From the NCBI GenBank assembly GCA_963767115.1, contig CAVYCR010000002.1, forward strand, positions 1-51,898: a DNA stretch of 51,898 bases, in the 5' to 3' direction. This DNA is from Candidatus Kaiserbacteria bacterium. GTDB lineage: Bacteria > Patescibacteriota > Minisyncoccia > Phycocordibacterales > UBA2100. Both the position numbers and the translations under genes were made by a program. Positions 42,134-51,182 of the stretch are shown here, one piece after another. Positions within the stretch are counted from its first letter, which is position 1; every line of letters begins with the position of its first letter. The notes under the pieces were generated by a model. It made no database searches. It had not been told where the DNA came from and was given only the letters and a program-made list of their open reading frames with translations.

Positions 42134-42530
42134 TCATAATCGTTTCAACTTCTCCCAATCATCGAATACGGCTTCGATATTATATCCATCCGGATCTAAG
42201 ACAAAAGCCGCATAATATCCCGGATGGTATTGAGTTCTATATCCGGGCGCACCATTATCTTTTCCTCCAGCCTCAAGCGCTGCCTTATAAAATGCGTCGA
42301 CCATTTGGGTACTTGTTGCATTAAACGCTATGCATGAAAACGATTTCATATCACCAATAGATTCTTCCTTTATCCAAAGATCACTATTTCCTTCAACAGC
42401 TTTTAGGCCAAAGCCAACTGACGTACCCTTATCAAGAAATATGGCGTATCCAAGCGGTTCAAGTGCGGCCGAGAAAAAAGCTTTGCATTACTTTAATGCT
42501 AGTGACCCGAAGCGTTATGTGGTTAAGCAT
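42134..42530 (-). CDS. VOC/glyoxalase family protein, one 1-nt frameshift near 42487
   Basis: MLNHITLRV...FFSAALEPLGY...VDAFYKAALEAGGKDNGAPG...YYAAFVLDPDGYNIEAV. Confidence 0.88.
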
Positions 42531-42533
42531 GGA

Positions 42534-45464
42534 TCAAATACGCACTATTGATACAGCGATTTTGTACTCGCCTATTGTCTGCTGCTCTGCGGAAACAGTA
42601 GCGAACGAAACTGCCTGCGCCTTCAAAGCGGATTTTATCTCGTCCATATTTTTCTCGATGATCTTCTTCGCCTCTTCAGGCGCATCAATCGTAAGCGCGA
42701 TTACATCCGCCGGGTTGAGGCCCGCATTCTTGCGCTCTCCTTGCACCGCGCGCAGGAAGTCGCGTACGAAACCTTCCTCTTTGAGCTCCGGCGTGATCTC
42801 GGTATCGAGCTCGATCTTGTCAGATGCGAGGCCTTCCACTATCTGCGCCGCCTTTACGTTCACCTCTTCAGAGATGATCGAGAGCAGCTCCCCGATCTGC
42901 GGGTAGTCGGCGAGACCGCCGGGCGGCAAGCGAAGTGCGGGAAGCGGTTGACGCACTTTTATATTGGCCTTGTCGCGCGCCTCGAGCGCGAGCGAGACGA
43001 GCTTGCGCGCCTGCGCCATCGCCTGTACGAGCTTGAGCTGTACCTGCGCTTCCTTGCCTGCCTCGGGCCACATTGCGAGGTGCACACTTTCTTCGTCTTC
43101 CTCTTCGCGCACCGCTTGGAAGAGGTACTCGGCGTAGAAAGGCATGATCGGCGCGATCACGCGCGAGAGCCGGTGCAAAGTGTAGCGAAGTGTCGCGAGC
43201 GCTTTTTTCTTATCCTCACCTTCTTCCTTGAAGCGATCACGACTTCTCCGCAAATACCACACCGAGAGGTCGTCGATGAAGCCGGCGATTGGGCGTGTCG
43301 CTACGTCGAGCTGGTACTTCTCAAATCCGTCAGTGACCTCCGCGACGAGCTCCTCGAGCCGCGAGAGCACCCACTGGTCAAGCACGTTGTCGCTTCGATA
43401 ATCACGCGGCGTACCGTCCTCGTACAATTTATAGAACGCGAGGACATTGTTGAGGCGGCCGAGGTTTTTCTTGACGATCTCGTCGACCATGCGCTCGTCA
43501 AAGTTCTTGCTGTCGCCCGGCGCATTTACGGTAAACATGAAATAGCGCAATGCGTCGACGCCGTATTTGTCGATCATCGAAAAAGGCTCGACGATATTAC
43601 CAAGACTCTTCGACATCTTCTTACCCTTTGCATCGAGAATGTGCCCGAGAGAAATTACGTTCTTAAAGGCCTTTCCGCGGCCCATGATGCCCCCACCTAC
43701 TGCGTGCAAGGTATAAAACCAACCACGCGTTTGATCGATCGCCTCAGAAATATAATCCGCCGGGTAGCCTGCACTGTCGACCCATTCCTTGTTTTCAAAC
43801 GGATAGTGATCCTGTGCAAACGGCATCGCGCCCGAATCAAACCACACGTCGAGGACGTCGGGGACTCGTTTCATTTCACCACCACATGCACATTTAAACG
43901 TAAATACATCGATATACGGACGATGCAGATCGAGATTCTCCGGTACCGGCTGTTGCGACTTTTCTTTCAATTCCGCAACGGATCCAATGATGATGTGTTC
44001 TTTGCAGGATTCACATTCCCAGAAAGGCAATGGTGTCCCCCAGTAGCGAGAACGGCTGATCGCCCAATCCTTGAGATCCTTGAGCCATTCACCGAAACGG
44101 CCCTCGCGAATGTACTCAGGCTGCCAGTTGATCGTTTCGTTTTCTTTGATCAGCGTTTCCTTTACTTCCGACATGCGGATGTACCAAGAATCATCGGCGT
44201 AATAAAGTAGCGGCGTCTTGCAGCGCCAACAGAACGGATACATGTGTTCGATGATCTCGTCTTTGAAGAGTAGTCTACGCTCCCTCAAATCTTCGATGAT
44301 TGGCTTATCGGCACTTTTTACGAAAAGTCCCGCAAATTCCTTGGTATCAGCGGTAAGTTTTCCAGCCTCGTCGACAAGATGATATTTGGGCAGACCGATT
44401 TTGGTACCAAGCTCGAAATCGTCGGTGCCGTACATTACTGCAGTGTGTACGATGCCCGTACCATCTGTATCTGAAACAAAATTTGCCAAATAAACCTTAT
44501 AGGCTTTATCGAATTTGGATTGTTCTTTTGCTGGCGCAGAATCCTTGAGGAAGGAATAAAGTGGTTCGTATTGTTTATCGATGAGATTTGCAACGTGCAC
44601 CAATGGATTAGTTTGTTTCCATCCATCCCCCAAAACATCTTTTGCACGGGCATTTGCAAGAATAATTCGCTCACCATCTTTCTCATATTCACCGTATTGA
44701 ATTTTCTCGTTTATTGCCAATGCAACATTACCTGGCAATGTCCAAGGGGTCGTCGTCCATGCAAGAAGAAAAGTATTGTCTTCACCAACAACTTTAAACT
44801 TCACATACACCGCAGGATCTTTCGCCATCTCATATCCTTGCGCGACTTCGTGCGATGAGAGCGCGGTACCGCAGCGCGGGCACCACGGCACGACCTTGTA
44901 ATCCTTGTACAAAAGCTTCTTCTCGTTCGACACCTTCAAAACATTCCACACCGATTCGATGTACGAATTATCAAAGGTGAAGTAGGTCGAATTATGATCG
45001 ACCCAATAGCCAATGCGATCGGTGAAGACTTTCCATTCGTCGATGAATTGCAAAACACTTTCTTTGCATTTCTTATTGAACTCAGCGATGCCATATGCTT
45101 CGATGTCTTTCTTACTCTTGCTGCCGATCTCTTTCTCGACTGCGATCTCCACAGGAAGTCCGTGCGTGTCCCACCCGGCCTTGCGGCGCACATGGAAGCC
45201 CTGCATCGTGCGAAAGCGCGGGATCGCATCCTTGAATGCGCGACTCTCGAGGTGGTGAATACCTGGCTTGCCGTTGGCGGTTGGCGGACCTTCGTAAAAT
45301 ACGAACTCGCCCTTGATGGGCTCTTTATCAAAGGATTTCTTAACAACGTCGTTCTTCGCCCAAAACGAGAGGACTTCTTCCTCCCTGACCGCCGTAGCAG
45401 ATTTCTGCGGAGGTTCGGTGCGCTTGGCGACCTCGGTCTTTGAATTCAGATTCTCTTCTGACAT
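42534..45464 (-). CDS. ileS: Isoleucine--tRNA ligase, type 2
   Basis: FYEGPPTANGKPGIHH, GWDTHGLP, WTTTPWTLP, DQTRGWFY, KMSKS; C-terminal LDTEITPELKEEG..R junction domain without zinc finger. Confidence 0.97.
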   Translation of the reverse strand: MSEENLNSKTEVAKRTEPPQKSATAVREEEVLSFWAKNDVVKKSFDKEPIKGEFVFYEGPPTANGKPGIHHLESRAFKDAIPRFRTMQGFHVRRKAGWDTHGLPVEIAVEKEIGSKSKKDIEAYGIAEFNKKCKESVLQFIDEWKVFTDRIGYWVDHNSTYFTFDNSYIESVWNVLKVSNEKKLLYKDYKVVPWCPRCGTALSSHEVAQGYEMAKDPAVYVKFKVVGEDNTFLLAWTTTPWTLPGNVALAINEKIQYGEYEKDGERIILANARAKDVLGDGWKQTNPLVHVANLIDKQYEPLYSFLKDSAPAKEQSKFDKAYKVYLANFVSDTDGTGIVHTAVMYGTDDFELGTKIGLPKYHLVDEAGKLTADTKEFAGLFVKSADKPIIEDLRERRLLFKDEIIEHMYPFCWRCKTPLLYYADDSWYIRMSEVKETLIKENETINWQPEYIREGRFGEWLKDLKDWAISRSRYWGTPLPFWECESCKEHIIIGSVAELKEKSQQPVPENLDLHRPYIDVFTFKCACGGEMKRVPDVLDVWFDSGAMPFAQDHYPFENKEWVDSAGYPADYISEAIDQTRGWFYTLHAVGGGIMGRGKAFKNVISLGHILDAKGKKMSKSLGNIVEPFSMIDKYGVDALRYFMFTVNAPGDSKNFDERMVDEIVKKNLGRLNNVLAFYKLYEDGTPRDYRSDNVLDQWVLSRLEELVAEVTDGFEKYQLDVATRPIAGFIDDLSVWYLRRSRDRFKEEGEDKKKALATLRYTLHRLSRVIAPIMPFYAEYLFQAVREEEDEESVHLAMWPEAGKEAQVQLKLVQAMAQARKLVSLALEARDKANIKVRQPLPALRLPPGGLADYPQIGELLSIISEEVNVKAAQIVEGLASDKIELDTEITPELKEEGFVRDFLRAVQGERKNAGLNPADVIALTIDAPEEAKKIIEKNMDEIKSALKAQAVSFATVSAEQQTIGEYKIAVSIVRI

Positions 45465-45540
45465 AGCTTCATCCTAACAAAGTAGAAGCCCGACGCATAG
45501 CGTCGGGCCTTGTGATATCCGCTTGGGAGTTACCTGAAAG

Positions 45541-45822
45541 TCAATTGAGGCGCATCAAAAATTGCGCACGTTCTCGCTGGTCGCTTGAGATTGCTTCGAG
45601 GAGAGACCAGAAATTTGCCTCGCCTTGACCGCAACCGTCTCCAATGGTGAATTGTCGCTTGTCGCCTGGGACAAACACGACGACCGTCCTGGGCGAATAT
45701 TGCCGGAAAAATCTCAGCGCGGCAGCAAGGTTTCCCCGAAACAAGAAGACGGTCGGAGCATCGGGAATATCGTCAGCGCGAATCTGATGCGTACCCGGCT
45801 CGTCACCTTCAGTTATACTCAT
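45541..45822 (-). CDS. Orphan protein, monocistronic
   Basis: TTGCCG-17-TATTAT promoter, GGGAGG RBS, hairpin 45488-45508 downstream. Confidence 0.65.
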   Translation of the reverse strand: MSITEGDEPGTHQIRADDIPDAPTVFLFRGNLAAALRFFRQYSPRTVVVFVPGDKRQFTIGDGCGQGEANFWSLLEAISSDQRERAQFLMRLN

Positions 45823-45892
45823 TTTTAGTTACCTCCCTATAAACGAAGAGACAATTCTCTCCGTTGCTCGCGAGATAATACAACACCTATGA

Positions 45893-47569
45893 TTATTCGG
45901 CAAGATTCTTTTTCTTATTCCTATTCGCAAACCAATCATCCTCGATGAGCCCGAGGTGCGCGAGACGGGCGTGGATCGCGCTCGGCTTGCGACCGAAATG
46001 TTTGGCGATTTCACCCTGCTTCACATCTTGCGTAAACATCGCTTTCAGCGTGTCATCGTCTTCCTGTTTCCAAGGCTTGCCCATGTTGGGATACTTCTCG
46101 CGCAAAGCAGCACGCGGGTCGGCCGCACCGGATTCCGGCGCAGAGGGTGACCGAGCAATGTCTGAGCGGAGCGAGTTGCGGAGGTCGCCCGGCGCGCCGG
46201 AGTCCGGTGCGACCGACTTCGGCTCTTTCGCACCGATAGCCCGCAAGAAATTCTTCTCCATCTTTTCTTTGTCATCGCTCGCAAGCGTCGCGAACTTCTT
46301 GCGCGCAGCGTCCGAGTACGCGCGGAAGTAACGGTCTTGCGCGACGACACCCGGATGCATCTCAAGCGCACGCTCGTTGAAGCCGACCAGATGCAAGCCC
46401 GCGAGCGAGCGCACGCGCGAGATCGCCACGTACCCTTGGCCGTATTCGAAGGCACTTGCGAGGTCGACGAGCGCGCTCTCCAGGCTCATGCCCTGGCTCT
46501 TGTGCACGGTGATCGCCCACGCGAGACGCAGCGGCACTTGGCTCAGGCGCGCAAGGATCCTGTTGCCGTCTTGGATCGCCCACTCGACCGGCTCCACGTT
46601 GAGCGTCAGGCCCTGCCTCGTGCGCACGATCGGGGTGCCGAGCGGCGTGAAGCCGACGACCTCCGCGAGCGTGCCATTCACATATCCTGCTTCAAAGTTG
46701 TTGCGCGTGAACATCACCATCGCGCCTTCCTTGAGGACCAGCGTCTCGGGTGAAAGGCAATTCTTCTTGAGAGTCTCGACGAGTGAGGCCGCGCCGCGCG
46801 AGGTCATCTGGAAGACATGTGAGCTGCCGTCGATTTTCTGCAGAGCATCGTTGTTGATGCGATCGACATCGGCATTGTGCGTATAGAGCCTCGTGGCTCC
46901 ACTTGCCGTAGTCGCATTCATTCTTCCTCGCAATTGCTCACGGTGTGCCTGGGTGACCGCTCCGCTTCGCATCGCACCAAGCAATGCAAGAAATTCGCCG
47001 TCATCCTGGCGATGCTGTTCGTTGAGGTAACAAATGACGGGGTTAGCATCCTTCCACGCCGAGGATTCAAAGGCGAATTTAGGCCTTTCTTCCCGACCAC
47101 CTTCGCTTTCGCTTCGACGTGTCACGGGTGGCAACTGGAAAAAGTCTCCGACGAAGATCACCTGCAATCCGCCAAAGGGTTCTTCGGGCATCAGGGGCCG
47201 GCGACGCAGTGTGCGCAAGACGCGGTCGACGCTCTCGAGCGTCGTCGCGTCAAGCATCGAGATCTCGTCGATGATCAGGACTTTGGCATCGATGATGCGC
47301 CGCGCCGTCTTTTCCTTGCTCTGGATGTATTCGATGTCGTAATCATTTACGTACCGCTTCACGCCTATACCGCTCCACGAGTGAATCGTCATGCCGTCGA
47401 TATGTGTGGCGGCGATGCCGGTCGAAGCGGTGACCGCCGCATCGACGCCGCGCTCCTGGAGCCACCGCACGTGCGCATTGATCGTGTGCGTCTTGCCGCT
47501 CCCCGGCTCGCCGGTGAGAAATACGTTGAGGCCCGTCTTCAAAATGGCCAATGCTTCAGTCTGTGTCAT
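45893..47569 (-). CDS. PIF1-like SF1B helicase with C-terminal HTH
   Basis: GEPGSGKT, DEISM, GDFFQLPPV, AWAITVHKSQG, YVAISR; tail PW...EIAKHFGRKPSAIHARL. Confidence 0.93.
   Translation of the reverse strand: MTQTEALAILKTGLNVFLTGEPGSGKTHTINAHVRWLQERGVDAAVTASTGIAATHIDGMTIHSWSGIGVKRYVNDYDIEYIQSKEKTARRIIDAKVLIIDEISMLDATTLESVDRVLRTLRRRPLMPEEPFGGLQVIFVGDFFQLPPVTRRSESEGGREERPKFAFESSAWKDANPVICYLNEQHRQDDGEFLALLGAMRSGAVTQAHREQLRGRMNATTASGATRLYTHNADVDRINNDALQKIDGSSHVFQMTSRGAASLVETLKKNCLSPETLVLKEGAMVMFTRNNFEAGYVNGTLAEVVGFTPLGTPIVRTRQGLTLNVEPVEWAIQDGNRILARLSQVPLRLAWAITVHKSQGMSLESALVDLASAFEYGQGYVAISRVRSLAGLHLVGFNERALEMHPGVVAQDRYFRAYSDAARKKFATLASDDKEKMEKNFLRAIGAKEPKSVAPDSGAPGDLRNSLRSDIARSPSAPESGAADPRAALREKYPNMGKPWKQEDDDTLKAMFTQDVKQGEIAKHFGRKPSAIHARLAHLGLIEDDWFANRNKKKNLAE
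46118..46217. repeat. 100-nt palindromic element read in frame within the helicase
   Basis: 24-nt arms gtcggccgcaccggattccggcgc / gcgccggagtccggtgcgaccgac (2 mismatches); inner gggtgacc/ggtcgccc and gcaa/ttgc; GAGCGGAGCGA in the loop. Confidence 0.8.
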
Positions 47570-47601
47570 ACCCCATCATGCCACAAGTATAACAGGAGTT
47601 T

Positions 47602-47719
47602 CGCATCAACCTTGCGGGAATTGCATTTTGGGGTCGTTCTTTTCTTGCTAGAAAAGAACTCTGTTTCGCGCCGCCGGGCTGCAAAGACCCCAAAATGCAA
47701 TTCCGGCAGAGTTGATGCG
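47602..47719 (-). ncRNA. 118-nt structured element, copy 2 (same architecture as 27874-27993)
   Basis: 34-nt arms with 3 mismatches; minus-strand loop holds CGGCGGCGC and GTTCTTTTCT-AGCA-AGAAAAGAAC. Confidence 0.65.
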
Positions 47720-47720
47720 G

Positions 47721-48686
47721 TTACAGATGACACACAGAATCAAGCTCCGCGACATCCGCTGCAGTAGGGTTCTCGGTCGTGCCGTCGTTGAGTGCGTTCA
47801 TGATGGCTTGCGGATCGGAGACGTGTTCCATCCCGAGGCTGTGGCCAAACTCGTGTGCGATCACGCGATGCAGGCGCACGGTTGAATCATATTCATAGAT
47901 GTTGATCGACTCTTCCCCGAAGCTGCTTTCGAATACTCCTTCTTCAAATTCGCTGCCGGTCGTGGCTCCGATCGCGTCGTACTTTTCGACGTTGAGGTTG
48001 AGCGCGCCGATGAGCTGGTTGATCTCGTCTGCAAGAGAGTTGAGTGAATCGACCTCCGTGTTGAGCGAAGTTTGCTGAGCCTCGAGCTGCGAAGATTGCG
48101 TCTGCAAGGCGGCCTTCTGTGATTGCAGCTGATCGTAGGTGCTGCTCGGCGCGCCTCCGCGCGCGTTCCATTGCTGCACCTCTTGGTTGTATTCGTCCTG
48201 CTGATTCTGAAAGCTCGCATATGCGCTGTCGAAAGCCGACTTATCCGAGAGATACTGCGTCTGCTGCGCTGCGTACTCCTCTTTGAGGTCGTTGTACTGC
48301 GCCATGCCGCTATCGACAGAGCTATCGATCGAGCTCATTTCATCTTCGGCGTTTTGGCGATAGTCGTAGACGAAATTCACCACGACGACGCCGTGGCTTG
48401 GATCGTAAGCGAGCACCGTCTTGCCTGCCGCCGTGTTCCATTTGCCAGCCGCGTTTTGTAGGAGCGTGAGCACCTGTGCTTGCGAGAGACCGAAGCGTGG
48501 GTCGATCGTCCCGATGCGGTAGGTCACCGGCGCGTCGCACGGGAAGAAGCGCTGATACGCCTGCGAGAGCACCACACGCGTCTGCTGCGGAAATATGAAA
48601 AAGACGAAGCAAAGTATCGCCACTATGACGACAAGCTCAAGCAGGCTGCGCTGCCACGCGCTTTTAGTATGCGGCACTATCTCCAT
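47721..48686 (-). CDS. Matrixin-type (metzincin) metalloprotease with inserted coiled coil, membrane-anchored
   Basis: HEFGHSLGMEH plus Met-turn AIMN; Gln-rich heptad region. Confidence 0.9.
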   Translation of the reverse strand: MEIVPHTKSAWQRSLLELVVIVAILCFVFFIFPQQTRVVLSQAYQRFFPCDAPVTYRIGTIDPRFGLSQAQVLTLLQNAAGKWNTAAGKTVLAYDPSHGVVVVNFVYDYRQNAEDEMSSIDSSVDSGMAQYNDLKEEYAAQQTQYLSDKSAFDSAYASFQNQQDEYNQEVQQWNARGGAPSSTYDQLQSQKAALQTQSSQLEAQQTSLNTEVDSLNSLADEINQLIGALNLNVEKYDAIGATTGSEFEEGVFESSFGEESINIYEYDSTVRLHRVIAHEFGHSLGMEHVSDPQAIMNALNDGTTENPTAADVAELDSVCHL

Positions 48687-48713
48687 CTATCGTAGTATAC
48701 GACGTTGTCTCCT

Positions 48714-48959
48714 TTAACGCTCTTCGCGCGCGAGCGCCGCGCTCACGTCCGCGGCAATAGTCTGGAAGCCCGGTATCACGCCGATGATGCTCAAGATATA
48801 GCCGATGAGGATCACCGTGATGATGCCGCCTATGATCGCGCCGCCGCCGTAGAGTATGCCATGCAAGAAATAACCCCAGAAAGAGCCGGTGTTTTCATTG
48901 ATGTCCTTGAGCTCCTCCCTGATCTTCTTCAGTTCCCGCAATTCTGATTCTTGTGCCAT
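48714..48959 (-). CDS. Small membrane protein
   Basis: FLHGILYGGGAIIG...IIGVIPG. Confidence 0.7.
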   Translation of the reverse strand: MAQESELRELKKIREELKDINENTGSFWGYFLHGILYGGGAIIGGIITVILIGYILSIIGVIPGFQTIAADVSAALAREER

Positions 48960-49067
48960 AGAGATAGATACATTTTACTATATCGGAGCGACAAAATACG
49001 GGTTATTGACAGCCTCCGTGGGAAATATTACTGTGCGAATAGCAGTGTTCAACGTAGGAGTTTGCTG

Positions 49068-49274
49068 ATGCAGATAACCGTCGAGGATGTCTGTGAACTC
49101 TGTAAGCGCAACAGCGCGGAATCGATCAAGGTCATATGGAATGCCTTGGATCGTAAGTATCGCGGGAAAGGAATAACTCGCGAACAGGTGGAGGAAGCTA
49201 TCTTGGAAGCGGTATTAGCAGAACTGATCGTTCTTGAGGACAACAATATGATTCGCTTGTCCTCCAACAAATAA
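49068..49274 (+). CDS. Small orphan protein, possibly winged-helix
   Basis: TTGACA 49006-49011, 17 nt, TACTGT; AGGAG RBS; hairpin 49275-49298. Confidence 0.6.
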   Translation: MQITVEDVCELCKRNSAESIKVIWNALDRKYRGKGITREQVEEAILEAVLAELIVLEDNNMIRLSSNK

Positions 49275-49313
49275 GCCTGTCGCATACGTGCGGCAGGCTG
49301 AAATTTTTATACC

Positions 49314-49451
49314 TTATCGCGCCGAGCCGACGACCGTCTGCGCAAAATGGAAGATGAGCTCGAGTACTGCGACGAGAAACCCGATGAAAAGCGTGAGGAG
49401 CTGCAAGAGGAAGCTCAAAAGCTCATTGAGAAGCGGTGCCAGTTCGTTCAT
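49314..49451 (-). CDS. 45-aa hydrophobic peptide
   Basis: MNELAPLLNELLSFLLQLLTLFIGFLV...; TATACT 6 nt before the ATG. Confidence 0.55.
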   Translation of the reverse strand: MNELAPLLNELLSFLLQLLTLFIGFLVAVLELIFHFAQTVVGSAR

Positions 49452-49491
49452 CGCTGAAGTATACCAAAGGCTCTCGTGAAGATTTTGTGTG

Positions 49492-50214
49492 TCACGCTTT
49501 CGCGAGATAGTGCTCGAGCGTGTAGATCCAGTCACCCTCCCCTTCGGGGCTTTTCTTCTTCTCATCGAGAAGCCATTGCAGGTAGCCCTTGTCGACACGT
49601 GCAATGTCCTCGATGCGCTTCCCCTTGTGCTTGCCGAAGCGGATCGTGGTAAAGAGAAGCGGTCGGTCAGAAATCTTTTTCATTTCCTCGATCGCGGCTT
49701 CCTCAGAGCCATGTTGCTGCACCATCTTCGCGAGCATCCGCTCGAAGACTCCTTCGAGCACCGCCACATCGCCGAAGGCATCATGCGCCGTGGCCTCGAT
49801 CTCGATACCGAGAAGGTAGCGCAAATATTGCAGCTTGTATTGCGCGATCTGTTCTTGAGGGTCGAGCGCACGGGCGACCTTGTACGTGCAGATCGTCGTG
49901 CGCGGCACGATACCCTCGCGCGCGAGCATGCCGATATCGAAGGCAGCGTTGTGGGCCACGGCGATAGTGTCATCACTCTCAAAGAGCTCTTTCATTCTCC
50001 CGTAGTCTGGCGAAGCGGGGAAAGACGGCTGATCGGCGACCATCTTCTCGGTAATGTGATGGATCGACATCGCCTCGATGGCTATCGGGAGCGGCGGCTT
50101 GTAGAGCGCGTTGAGTACCGGGTTGGCGACGCCGCGCTCCTTCACGGCAAGCTGCAAGAGCCGGTCGTCGGCGCCGTTGCCGGTCGTTTCTGTATCAAAA
50201 AATATGATTCGCAT
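49492..50214 (-). CDS. DEDDh 3'-5' exonuclease (ExoX/DnaQ-like)
   Basis: FFDTETTG, AHNAAFD, HDAFGD; C-terminal FGKHKG...YLQWL module. Confidence 0.93.
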   Translation of the reverse strand: MRIIFFDTETTGNGADDRLLQLAVKERGVANPVLNALYKPPLPIAIEAMSIHHITEKMVADQPSFPASPDYGRMKELFESDDTIAVAHNAAFDIGMLAREGIVPRTTICTYKVARALDPQEQIAQYKLQYLRYLLGIEIEATAHDAFGDVAVLEGVFERMLAKMVQQHGSEEAAIEEMKKISDRPLLFTTIRFGKHKGKRIEDIARVDKGYLQWLLDEKKKSPEGEGDWIYTLEHYLAKA

Positions 50215-50296
50215 GAGGGCGACCCCGCGGCAATCATACGGGAAAACGCGCCAAAGCAAAACGTCCGCGGTAAAACCGCGGACGTTGACCTTGATA

Positions 50297-50665
50297 TCAC
50301 GGGGGCGGCAAGTCTTCATCCACGAGACGATCATCTTCGATGTCCAATCTAAATGACAGTTGATGGAGCATGCAAATGAATGTACCGGCAAAGAGCGGCC
50401 AGCTGTATGTCGTACCCCGCAACGAGAGTATGTACACATCAACAAGCATCGCGCTTAGATACACCGCCCACACAAAATTAGCAGACCAAGCTTTCATCGA
50501 CGAGAGCCAATTGATACAGGCCCCTATAGCTAGCATGAGTCCCGCGTATGTGAACACATACCAATACTGGTCTCCTAGGATCGACCCAGTAGCCCAGGAC
50601 ATACCAGCAATGTTTGTTCCGAGTACGAAAAGAGCGATCGTAATACTCGTTGAGCCAATCGACAC
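50297..50665 (-). CDS. Orphan multi-TM protein
   Basis: GGGAGG RBS, GTG start, about four hydrophobic segments. Confidence 0.6.
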   Translation of the reverse strand: MSIGSTSITIALFVLGTNIAGMSWATGSILGDQYWYVFTYAGLMLAIGACINWLSSMKAWSANFVWAVYLSAMLVDVYILSLRGTTYSWPLFAGTFICMLHQLSFRLDIEDDRLVDEDLPPP

Positions 50666-50805
50666 TGCAACCTCCCTGGCGATTTCCTATGCCCTATATA
50701 CTCTCCTATACCAGAGAGTCAATATTGTAACGCTCTAGATATTGGCGAAGGCAAGACATGAGTGCTATCCTCGCAAAGGTCCATACAGGGCTACAGGAGT
50801 TGTGA

Positions 50806-51051
50806 ATGCATAAGCTTTTGGATCCGACGACCGCATGGCCTTTGTGCGCGATTACTGTTCTCGTGGTAATACTCTTCTTTTATCACCCGATCGTAAGCGC
50901 GATATTTGGTCCTCGTCGGACTCCTGCTCAATCACCACCGCGCAAGAAAGCCCTCGCTTCCGCGATGCGATCGGTGCGAGGCAGCATCGCCCGCATGACC
51001 AGTCATCCCGACAGCAAGCAAGAAACGCTCGTTCTTTCTAAGAGAGACTAA
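50806..51051 (+). CDS. Orphan single-TM protein
   Basis: TGnTATCCT 50764-50772, AGGAG RBS, terminator 51073-51097. Confidence 0.6.
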   Translation: MHKLLDPTTAWPLCAITVLVVILFFYHPIVSAIFGPRRTPAQSPPRKKALASAMRSVRGSIARMTSHPDSKQETLVLSKRD

Positions 51052-51182
51052 CCGTCTCTGCGCCCAACCTTGAAGCCGCCCTCTGGGCGGCTTTTTCTTA
51101 TGCTATCCGTCTTTACAAGCTCATGAAGTGGTTTACTCTAGTGAGAGTCAATATCGGCTGCACCCACTGAAAGGAGCATACG

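Noticed and set aside
45410-45434. GAGGT...ACCTC in the ileS N-terminal extension as a degenerate REP
   Set aside because: Only the 5-bp outer arms pair convincingly; too weak without genome-wide data.
10151-50352. Long antisense ORFs (10151..11287, 35590..36576, 42741..44210, 46877..47767, 49489..50352 and others)
   Set aside because: They mirror well-identified genes and are expected from high-GC codon bias; no recognisable motifs.
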